From: an uncultured bacterium
GTDB taxonomy: Bacteria; Krumholzibacteriota; Krumholzibacteriia; Krumholzibacteriales; Krumholzibacteriaceae
Assembly (NCBI GenBank): GCA_963813815.1
Contig: CAWFAD010000015.1
Location: 1 to 11,032, forward strand
Length of the DNA: 11,032 bases
Reading direction: 5' to 3'
Shown here piece after piece: positions 1-6,549 of this stretch. How positions within the stretch are numbered: the stretch's first letter is position 1; each line of letters begins with the position of its first letter. Both the position numbers and the translations under genes were made by a program. The notes under the pieces are model-generated. The model ran no database searches. It saw only the letters and a program-made list of their open reading frames with translations, and was not told where the DNA came from.

Positions 1-19
1 ACGGACTGGAAGGCAGCGC

Positions 20-304
20 ATGACTAACGTCTCGAACGTGCCTGAAGAAGTCCGCGCGGTCGCTGCCGACGGCACCAAGCTGCGCTATGCGCTGATGGAG
101 CTGTCCAATCAGTATCCCGATGCGATTGCGCTGGGCCGCGGTGACCCTGATCTGGCCACGCCGCGCAACATCATCGAAGCGGTCGAACGCGCCATCCGTA
201 ACCAGCAAACCGGGCCGACACCCGTCGCGGGCATGCCCGCGCTGCGCGAAGCGGTCGCTGAAAAGCTGCGTCGCGAAAACGGCCTGCCTGTGACTGCCGA
301 AAAC
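20..304 (+). other. N-terminal fragment (~95 aa) of a class I/II PLP-dependent aminotransferase (AspC/AspB-like), truncated at an apparent chimeric junction
   Basis: The translation has the fold-type-I N-terminal motifs 'DAIALGRGDPDLATPRNIIEA' (cf. I.L..G.PD..TP..I.EA) and 'GMPALREAVAEKLRRENGLPVTAEN' (cf. G..ELR.AIA..L....G). The expected 'I.IT.G..EA' does not follow. SD-like GGAAGG at 8-13 precedes ATG 20. All 8 Leu codons are CTG and 8 of 9 Glu codons are GAA, unlike the CTC/GAG preference of the rest of the window. Confidence 0.8.
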
Positions 305-505
305 CAGCGCGCCTGCCTCGCGCGCGGCGGGGCGTTCGCGCGGCCCGCCTTTTGGGGCGCCTTCCGCGTGATCGGCGACGGCGCGGCGGCGCCGGAGCTT
401 TCGCCGGGATTCGATCCGGCGACCTGGATTTCGATCGTGATCCTCGTCGCCGCCGGCGCGGCATTCGTCTGGAACGCCCTGAGGAGGCGTCGGTTCGGTG
501 GATGA
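305..505 (+). CDS. C-terminal fragment of a CHAT-domain (caspase-HetF-associated, clan CD) protein with a C-terminal membrane anchor; 5' part absent
   Basis: 'QRACLARGGAFARPAFWGAFRVIGDG' matches the CHAT C-terminal signature (AQ..L.......HP.YWAAF.L.GD). It is followed by a short linker, a hydrophobic helix (WISIVILVAAGAAFVWNAL) and RRRR. The stop TGA at 503-505 overlaps the GTG start of the next gene. Catalytic His/Cys motifs are not in the window. Confidence 0.75.
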   Translation, partial: QRACLARGGAFARPAFWGAFRVIGDGAAAPELSPGFDPATWISIVILVAAGAAFVWNALRRRRFGG

Positions 506-1790
506 ACGCATTCAAACGGCGACCGACGAGCAGATCGCGGCGGCGATAGCCGTGAGTCCGCGCGAGGATCTCTGCGCGGAGCTCTATCGCCGGTACGACA
601 AGCGCGTGTACCTCTGGTGCTTTATCCATGCGCACGAATCCGACGAGTCGATCGCCCTCTCCCAGGAGATACTCGAGAAAATGGTGTGGGGCATCGGCGG
701 CTTCGCGGGAGGCTCGAGATTCTCGACGTGGGTGTATCAGATCGCGAGAAACGAGTGCCGCGGCGAGCTCCAGAAGCTCAGGGGGCGCTGGCGCGAGAGG
801 CTTCGCGCGTTCGAGGGCGAGTTCGTCGAGGCGCTCGAGCCCGGGTTCTACGAGTGGGTCGACGGCAAGTGCAACTGCGAGGGAATTCTCGAGTCCGCGA
901 CCGGCGCCATGGACAAGGAGGAGCTCCAGGCGTTCGTCCTTCACTACTGCGACGGGTTCGCCGTGAAGGAGATAACGAAAATGCTCGGATGCCGGAACGC
1001 CGCCGCGGCGCGGACGCTCATCCAGAACGCGCGGCGCAAACACATCGCTCTCGATTCGGGGCAAGCGCCGTGCGGCTGCGGGACGGCGGGCGGGAACCAC
1101 GCGTCGATCGAGACGCTCGCCGCGCTGCTCGAGGGCAGGCTCCCCGCGCGCGATCCGGACGCGACGCGGGAGCACATCGCGCGCTGCGCGCTCTGCGACC
1201 TCGCCTCGAAAAGGCTCGAGCGCTTCATCGGCGTGGAAGCGGACGAGGAGCTCGCGCGCTCGGCCGAATGGATCTACGCCCGCGGCAAGCTCGAGCGCGC
1301 GTATGAGGAGCGGATCGCTCCGCTCGTGGCGAAACGCGGCCTCGCCGCCTCGACCCGCCGGTTCGGTCTCCGCCGGTCGCTCCTGATCGCGGCGGTCGCG
1401 GCCGTCGCGGTCGCGATCGTAGCGATCGCCCGCCTCGCGACGAGGGAGGGGAACGTGCCGCCGGCGACCGGGCGGGAGGCCATGCGCGGCGCGCTGATAG
1501 CCTCCTATGCGATCGCGCCGGTCGCGCCGTCGGGGGACATCGAGGGTTTTCCGGCGGAGTTCTCATGGAAGGACTCGCGCGGAAAGAGCCTCTACACGCT
1601 CGAGATATTCTCCCCGTCGCTCGAGCGCGTGTACGCCGCCCCGGACCTCGCGTCGACGCGGTTCGCCTCTCCCGAGAGCCTCCGGGCCGTCCTCCGGCCG
1701 AACGTCATCTACCTCTGGAGGGTGAAGGGGCGCGAGGATCTCGGCTCGGCGGAGCCCTCCCCGAGCTGCTGGTTCCGGTACGGCCGCTGA
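498..1790 (+). CDS. ECF (sigma-70 group 4) sigma factor fused to a zf-HC2/ZAS anti-sigma domain, a TM helix and an extracytoplasmic FN3/Ig-like domain
   Basis: Sigma region 2: 'LYRRYDKRVYLWC...QE...F.GGSRFSTWVYQIARNEC'. Region 4: 'EELQAFVLHYCDGFAVKEITKMLG...ARTLIQNARRK'. ZAS domain: 'HASIETLAALLEGRL...REHIARCALC' (H201; H226xxxC230xxC233). TM helix at aa ~295-311, preceded by RRFGLRR. C-terminal beta-rich domain 'P..F.W......Y.LEI...Y.WRV'. GTG start with SD GAGGAGG at 481-487. Confidence 0.88.
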   Translation: MDERIQTATDEQIAAAIAVSPREDLCAELYRRYDKRVYLWCFIHAHESDESIALSQEILEKMVWGIGGFAGGSRFSTWVYQIARNECRGELQKLRGRWRERLRAFEGEFVEALEPGFYEWVDGKCNCEGILESATGAMDKEELQAFVLHYCDGFAVKEITKMLGCRNAAAARTLIQNARRKHIALDSGQAPCGCGTAGGNHASIETLAALLEGRLPARDPDATREHIARCALCDLASKRLERFIGVEADEELARSAEWIYARGKLERAYEERIAPLVAKRGLAASTRRFGLRRSLLIAAVAAVAVAIVAIARLATREGNVPPATGREAMRGALIASYAIAPVAPSGDIEGFPAEFSWKDSRGKSLYTLEIFSPSLERVYAAPDLASTRFASPESLRAVLRPNVIYLWRVKGREDLGSAEPSPSCWFRYGR

Positions 1791-1803
1791 GCGCTCCCCC
1801 GCC

Positions 1804-1832
1804 TTGACAGCCGCGAACCGCCGTGCTAGCGT
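1804..1832 (+). promoter_or_regulatory. Sigma70-type promoter for the M24 peptidase gene
   Basis: Perfect -35 TTGACA (1804-1809), a 17-nt spacer, and -10 TAGCGT (1827-1832) with extended TG at 1824-1825. It lies in the intergenic gap. Confidence 0.75.
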
Positions 1833-1891
1833 GGCGAAAATCCCCGCGCGCCGCAGACGGCTCGATATCTCGACAGGGAGGAACGCGACCC

Positions 1892-3076
1892 ATGGACATC
1901 AAGAAGATTCAAGAGGCTCTCCGCGAAAAGCGCATCGACGGCTGGCTCCTCTGCGATTTTCACAACCGCGATCATCTCGCCTACCGCGTGCTCGGGCTCG
2001 ATTTCGCGAAGGGCACCTCCCGGCGCTGGTTTTATTTCATCCCGGCGAAGGGGGATCCGGTTCGCCTCGTCTCCGTCGTCGAACCGGCCCGCCTCGACGC
2101 GCTCCCCGGCGAGAAACGCTCGTATCGCGCCTGGGGCGATCTGCACGCGGCGCTGGGAAAGCTCCTCGGCTCCCACAAGAAGATCGCGATGCAGTACTCG
2201 CCGATGAACAACATTCCTTACGTGTCGATCGTCGACGGCGGCACGATCGAGCTCATCCGGAGCCTCGGATACGAGATCGTGTCGTCGGCGGATCTCGTGC
2301 AGCAGTTCGAGGCGATCATCGACCGCGCCGGGTACGAGAGCCATCTGCGGGCCGGCGACAAGATTCAGCACATCAAGAACGAGGCCTTCAAGGAGGTCGG
2401 CCGCGCGCTCGCCAAAAAGCAGAAGCTCACCGAGTACGAGCTCGCGCAGTTCATCCTGAAACGGTTCGCCGAGGAAGGGCTCACCTGCGGCAACGAATCG
2501 CCCATCGTCGGGATCGGCGACCATCCCGCCGATCCGCACTTCGAGCCGAAGAAGGAAGGAACGTACGCCTTCAAGAAGGGCGACTGCTTCCTCATCGATC
2601 TGTGGGCGAAGTTCGACAAGCCGGGCTCGATCTACTACGACATCACCTGGTGCGGTTTCGTCGGGGACGAGCCGCCGGAGAAGTATCTCGAGATCTTCCA
2701 CACCGTGCGCGACGCGCGCATCGCCGCGGTCAACTTCGTCCGCAAGCGCTTCGCCGCGAAGAAGCCCTGCTTCGGCTGGGAAGTGGACGACGCCTGCCGC
2801 GACGTCGTGAAGGACGCCGGATACGGGGACTACTTCGTCCACCGCACCGGCCACTCGATCGGCGAGGAAGTGCACGGGAACGGCGTCAACATCGACAATC
2901 TCGAAACGAAGGACGAGCGCGAGCTCGTGCCGGGCATCTGTTTCTCCGTGGAGCCGGGCATCTACCTCCCGGGCGAGATGGCCGCGCGCAGCGAGATCGA
3001 CTGCTTCATCACGCTCGACGGCGAGGTCGTCGTCCACGGCGAGGAGCAGATGGAGCTCGTGCGGGTGCACGTCTAG
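1892..3076 (+). CDS. M24 family metallopeptidase (Xaa-Pro aminopeptidase/prolidase-like), 394 aa
   Basis: Pita-bread metal ligands are present: 'LIDLWAK', 'YYDITW', 'HRTGHSIG..VHG', 'SVEPGIY', 'RSEID'. There is a creatinase-like N-domain. ATG 1892 follows SD GGAGG (1877-1881) and lies downstream of the promoter, so it is preferred over the 1823 start in the ORF track. Confidence 0.93.
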   Translation: MDIKKIQEALREKRIDGWLLCDFHNRDHLAYRVLGLDFAKGTSRRWFYFIPAKGDPVRLVSVVEPARLDALPGEKRSYRAWGDLHAALGKLLGSHKKIAMQYSPMNNIPYVSIVDGGTIELIRSLGYEIVSSADLVQQFEAIIDRAGYESHLRAGDKIQHIKNEAFKEVGRALAKKQKLTEYELAQFILKRFAEEGLTCGNESPIVGIGDHPADPHFEPKKEGTYAFKKGDCFLIDLWAKFDKPGSIYYDITWCGFVGDEPPEKYLEIFHTVRDARIAAVNFVRKRFAAKKPCFGWEVDDACRDVVKDAGYGDYFVHRTGHSIGEEVHGNGVNIDNLETKDERELVPGICFSVEPGIYLPGEMAARSEIDCFITLDGEVVVHGEEQMELVRVHV

Positions 3077-3131
3077 CGCGGAGGGCCGGCATCGACGAGC
3101 GCCGCTCGCGGCGGGCTCGGAAAGAGGCTTC

Positions 3132-3476
3132 GTGTACGAGCATCGCTCGGACCCGCTTCTCGCGCGCTCCCTGTTCCTGCGCCGGGTGTTGCTTCACGCG
3201 CTCGCCGGGACCGGCATCATCATGGCATCGCTCGGCATCGGGGTCGCCGGCTACCGGTTCATCGCCGGGCTCTCGTGGGTGGACGCCCTTCTCAACGCCT
3301 CGATGATTCTCGGAGGAATGGGGCCCGTGAACGAGCTCGGCACGAACGCCGCCAAGATCTTCGCGTCCTTGTACGCCCTCTTCGCCGGCATCGCGTTTGT
3401 GGCGACCGCCGGCGTTTTCGCGGCCCCCGTCGCGCACCGGCTGCTGCACCGGATGCATCTCGAGCGCCGCGGATAA
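3132..3476 (+). CDS. Small 2-TM membrane protein with potassium-channel pore-like (Ion_trans_2-like) architecture and a non-canonical filter
   Basis: Layout is TM1 (…GIIMASLGIGVAGYRFIAG), pore-helix-like 'LSWVDALLNASMIL', loop 'GGMGP', 'TNAAKIFASLYALFAG' and TM2. This parallels K+ channel 'W.DA.Y....T.TTVGYGD..P.T..GK.F...Y.L.G'. GTG start with GAGG at 3124-3127. Confidence 0.72.
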   Translation: MYEHRSDPLLARSLFLRRVLLHALAGTGIIMASLGIGVAGYRFIAGLSWVDALLNASMILGGMGPVNELGTNAAKIFASLYALFAGIAFVATAGVFAAPVAHRLLHRMHLERRG

Positions 3477-3488
3477 TCGAGCGGCTCC

Positions 3489-3505
3489 GCCCGCCGGCGG
3501 CGGGC
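3489..3505. terminator. GC-rich inverted repeat between convergent genes (possible bidirectional terminator or stability hairpin)
   Basis: GCCCGCCG-G-CGGCGGGC is a perfect 8-bp inverted repeat in the 29-nt gap between two convergent stop codons. There is no U-tract on either side. Confidence 0.4.
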
Positions 3506-5617
3506 CTACGCGGCCGGCTTGGTCCGCTTCAGCGCGTAGCGCAGGAGCACCCCGCACAGCGCGAGAAAGACGCAGAGCCCGAACCAGCTCGCCTCGCTGA
3601 GATCGCCCAGAATGCGCGGACCGATCGCGAGCTTCGTGTCGAGGTCGAACCCCGTCACGAAGGCGAAGATCAGCCCTCCGATCGCCCCTCCCGCGATGAG
3701 CCCGCTCGAGAAGAGCATGCCGGGGCCGGATTCGTCCTTGGCCTCGGCCCCCCGCTTCGCGAACTTGTCGACGCCCCACTTGATGAGGCCTCCCGCGAAG
3801 ATCGGCACCGAGGTGGACATCGGGAGATAGACGCCGACGGCGAAGGGGAGCCCGCGGACGCCGCAGAGCTCGACCGCGATCGTGAGGCAGATGCCCATGA
3901 GAATGAGGACCCAGGGGAGCTTGCGGTTCAGCACGCCGTCGATCACGGTCGCCATGAGGCGCGCCTGCGGAGCGGCGAGCTTCGAGGAGCCGATGCCGGC
4001 CTCCTGCTTGATGACCTCGCGCGGCTCGCCGCGGCTCACGAGATACTTCTCGCCCGAGCCGTGAATGCCGAAGACGTCGAACGCGGCGCCGTCCCTCTCG
4101 ACCGCGCCCTCGGCGACCGCCTCGGCGGGGACGACGAACGTCGAGTCGGCGATCCGCTCCTCCGTCGTGAAGGCGCTGTTGAGCGTCACGACCGTGAAGC
4201 CGACGACGAAGATCGACGTGAAGGCTCCGATGATGTAGCCGTACTCCTGCTTGCGCGGGGTGCAGCCGAGGAGGTAGCCGGTCTTGAGCGCCTGCGCCAC
4301 GTTCCCCGCGTTCGACGCGCAGATGCAGACCACGGCGCCCACCATGAGGGCCACGGCCGTGTAGACGCCGCCCGTCCAGCCGACCCCGAGGAAGATGAGG
4401 CAGGTCGCCATGAGCGTCGCCACCGTCATGCCGGAGGTGGGATTGGACGAGACGCCGATCTCGCCGACGAGCCGCGAGGAGACGGTCGCGAAGAAGAAGC
4501 CGAAGACGATGATGAGCGCCGTCGCGATGAAGTTGCCGCCGAGGTGCCCCGGATGGATGACGAAGTTGAGGAGCGCGTAGATCACGACGAACGCGACCGC
4601 TATGCCGGCGATGACGAAGGTGATCGGGAGGTCCTGCGATATCCGGTCGACGACGCGCTTCTCGCCCTTGCCGCGGCGGATCTCGGCGAAGGAGTCGCGG
4701 AACGAGTGCGCGATCGTCGGCATCGCGCGGACGAGGTTGATGAGCCCGCCCGCGACGACGGCGCCGGCCCCGATGTAGCGCACGTAGCGGCTCCAGATGA
4801 CCGAGTAGTTGGTGATCTCGCCGATCGTCGTGGTCGCGCCGTCGACCGTGATCGGCGTCGCGGCGCCGAAGAACTTGATGAGCGGAATGAGGAGCATCCA
4901 CGAGACGAAGCCGCCCGCGACCATGATCGAGGCCGTGCGCGGCCCGATGATGTAGCCGACGCCGAGGAGCTCGGGGGATGCCTCCGCGATGACGGTGGAG
5001 CCGCTGTAGAAGGCGGGCTTCCACACCGGCTGCTCGCGCCAGAACCGGAACACGTTCATGAGGAGCTTGTAGGCGAGGCCGAGCCCCGCGCCCCAGAACA
5101 CGGCGCCCGCGTGCGCGCCCCCCTTCTCTCCGCTTTTTATGACCTCGGCGCAGGCGATCCCTTCGGGGTACGGGAGCACGCCGTGCTCCTTCTCGATGAG
5201 GATGCGCCGGAGCGGTATGAGGAAGCACACGCCGAGGCAGCCGCCGGCCAGCGCCACGACGAACGTCTTGGTCACGTCGAGCGTGAAGCCGAGAAAGATG
5301 AGCGCGGGCATGGTGAAGATGATGCCCGCCGCGATCGATTCCCCGGCGGCTCCCGTCGTCTGCACGGTCGCGATCTCGAGGACGGTCCCCTTCGTGCCGC
5401 CCTTCGATTTCGCGAAGGCGGCGAAGACCGCCATGGCGATGATCGCGATGGGGATGTTGACGGCGACGGTGAGACCCGCCTTGAGACCGAGATAGACGGT
5501 GACGGCGCTGAAAACGAGTCCGAGGACCGCGCCGAGCACGACGGCGCGGAGGGTGAACTCGTTCATCGCGACCGTGACCGGCACGTAGGGCTGGAACGCC
5601 TTTTTCTCTTCGCTCAT
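3506..5617 (-). CDS. OPT family oligopeptide transporter (bacterial OPT/YSL-like)
   Basis: OPT motifs are present: '[32 protein letters not shown]', '[21 protein letters not shown]', '[12 protein letters not shown]', '[18 protein letters not shown]', '[17 protein letters not shown]', '[15 protein letters not shown]', '[12 protein letters not shown]', '[11 protein letters not shown]', plus many TM segments. ATG 5617 has AGGA 5 nt upstream. ATG 5623 is the alternative start. Confidence 0.95.
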   Translation of the reverse strand: MSEEKKAFQPYVPVTVAMNEFTLRAVVLGAVLGLVFSAVTVYLGLKAGLTVAVNIPIAIIAMAVFAAFAKSKGGTKGTVLEIATVQTTGAAGESIAAGIIFTMPALIFLGFTLDVTKTFVVALAGGCLGVCFLIPLRRILIEKEHGVLPYPEGIACAEVIKSGEKGGAHAGAVFWGAGLGLAYKLLMNVFRFWREQPVWKPAFYSGSTVIAEASPELLGVGYIIGPRTASIMVAGGFVSWMLLIPLIKFFGAATPITVDGATTTIGEITNYSVIWSRYVRYIGAGAVVAGGLINLVRAMPTIAHSFRDSFAEIRRGKGEKRVVDRISQDLPITFVIAGIAVAFVVIYALLNFVIHPGHLGGNFIATALIIVFGFFFATVSSRLVGEIGVSSNPTSGMTVATLMATCLIFLGVGWTGGVYTAVALMVGAVVCICASNAGNVAQALKTGYLLGCTPRKQEYGYIIGAFTSIFVVGFTVVTLNSAFTTEERIADSTFVVPAEAVAEGAVERDGAAFDVFGIHGSGEKYLVSRGEPREVIKQEAGIGSSKLAAPQARLMATVIDGVLNRKLPWVLILMGICLTIAVELCGVRGLPFAVGVYLPMSTSVPIFAGGLIKWGVDKFAKRGAEAKDESGPGMLFSSGLIAGGAIGGLIFAFVTGFDLDTKLAIGPRILGDLSEASWFGLCVFLALCGVLLRYALKRTKPAA

Positions 5618-5660
5618 GCTCATCCTTTCGCGCGACGGTACGGAACGATTTCCGGGGGGC

Positions 5661-5690
5661 AGTATATCAGCCGCCGCGGTCCGCGCTCAA
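5661..5690 (-). promoter_or_regulatory. Sigma70-type promoter for the OPT gene
   Basis: The minus strand reads TTGAGC (5690-5685), an 18-nt spacer, then TATACT (5666-5661) with an extended -10 TG. Confidence 0.62.
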
Positions 5691-5700
5691 CCGGAATGAG

Positions 5701-5729
5701 TTGCGCGCCGGGGGGCGAGGGGGTAGCAT
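5701..5729 (+). promoter_or_regulatory. Sigma70-type promoter for yggS
   Basis: TTGCGC (5701-5706), a 17-nt spacer, then TAGCAT (5724-5729). It sits back-to-back with the OPT promoter. Confidence 0.58.
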
Positions 5730-5735
5730 CTGCCG

Positions 5736-6446
5736 GTGACCATGGAATCGCCTTTTTCGATACGGGAGAATCTCGAGCGCGTGCGCGAGCGCATCGCCCG
5801 CGCCGCCGAGCGCGCCGGCCGGAGCGCGGCGGACGTCGCGATCGTCGCCGTCACGAAGACGCACGGGCCGGAAACGGTGAGCGAGGCGATCGAGGCCGGC
5901 GTCGCGGACGTCGGCGAGAACAGGGTGCAGGAGTTTCTCGCCAAGGCCCCCGCGGTGAAGCTTCCCTGCCGGTGGCATCTCGTCGGCCATCTCCAGACGA
6001 ACAAGGTGAACAAGGTCATCGGCCGCTTCGCGCTCGTCCAGTCCGTCGATTCGTTGAAGCTCGCCGAGCACCTCGGCCGCGCGGGAGAGGCGGCCGGCGT
6101 CTCGACGGACATTCTCCTCGAGGTGAACACGAGCGGCGAGCCGTCGAAGTACGGCCTCGCGCCCGAGGAGACGCTCGCCGCGTGCGGCCTCGTCGCGAGG
6201 ACGGCGAACGTGAGGGTTCGGGGCCTCATGACGGTGGGCCCGCTCTCGAGCGACGCTGCGGCGACGGCCGCCTCCTTCGCGAGGCTCCGGCGCCTCGGCG
6301 AGGAGATCGAGGCGGCCCGCATCGACGGGGTGTCGATGGAGCGCCTCTCGATGGGCATGTCGGACGACTTCGAGATGGCGATCGCCGAGGGCTCCACGAT
6401 GGTCCGCCTCGGCCGGGTGCTCTTGGGAGCCCGGGAGAGGGCGTGA
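5736..6446 (+). CDS. yggS: YggS/PROSC family PLP homeostasis protein (PLPBP)
   Basis: Family motifs 'IVAVTKTH' (PLP lysine), 'GENRVQE', 'WHLVGHLQTNK', 'EVNTSGEPSKYG', 'RGLMT' and 'LSMGMSDDFEMAIAEGSTMVRLGR' are present. The start is either GTG 5736 or ATG 5742. Confidence 0.96.
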   Translation: MTMESPFSIRENLERVRERIARAAERAGRSAADVAIVAVTKTHGPETVSEAIEAGVADVGENRVQEFLAKAPAVKLPCRWHLVGHLQTNKVNKVIGRFALVQSVDSLKLAEHLGRAGEAAGVSTDILLEVNTSGEPSKYGLAPEETLAACGLVARTANVRVRGLMTVGPLSSDAAATAASFARLRRLGEEIEAARIDGVSMERLSMGMSDDFEMAIAEGSTMVRLGRVLLGARERA

Positions 6447-6523
6447 CGGAAAACCGGCCACGAGGGCCGGCCGCCAGGCGGGCTCCTGAGCAGCCGCGGG
6501 GGAGCGCCTCGGAAATCGGCGAA

Positions 6524-6529
6524 TATAAT
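6524..6529 (+). promoter_or_regulatory. Candidate internal -10 element upstream of yggT-divIVA-DUF167
   Basis: Perfect TATAAT inside a conspicuous AT-rich patch (~6512-6560), 20 nt before ATG 6550. SD-like AAGGA at 6541-6545. No recognisable -35. Confidence 0.45.
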
Positions 6530-6549
6530 ATGTTGAATAAAAGGAAGTT

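Noticed and set aside
20..505. ORF 20..505 as one genuine 161-aa aminotransferase or a novel fusion protein
   Set aside because: It lacks the PLP-binding core and catalytic Lys. The two halves resemble unrelated families and differ in codon usage, so it is treated as a chimera.
1474..1484. Internal restart (GGGAGG then ATG 1482) producing the outer domain separately
   Set aside because: The SD-to-ATG spacing is only ~2 nt and the product would have no export signal.
305..1790. Type III-E CRISPR (Craspase) or other CRISPR-linked protease locus
   Set aside because: No cas genes, repeat-spacer array or SAVED/CARF domain is visible. Only the CHAT-plus-sigma logic is shared.
1823..1891. 23-aa N-terminal extension of the M24 peptidase from GTG 1823
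   Set aside because: The GTG lies inside the predicted promoter. ATG 1892 has a good SD and gives a typical N-terminus.
1833..1891. Riboswitch or structured leader upstream of the M24 peptidase
   Set aside because: The leader is only ~55 nt with weak pairings (TCGA-TATC-TCGA; TCCC/GGGA) and no recognisable aptamer consensus.
3009..5228. 739-aa minus-strand ORF and similar long alternative-frame ORFs (171..1175, 1804..3306, 1826..3070, 6226..8313, 7409..8920)
   Set aside because: All overlap well-supported genes in another frame or strand, are mostly Arg/Pro/Gly-rich, and show no family motifs.
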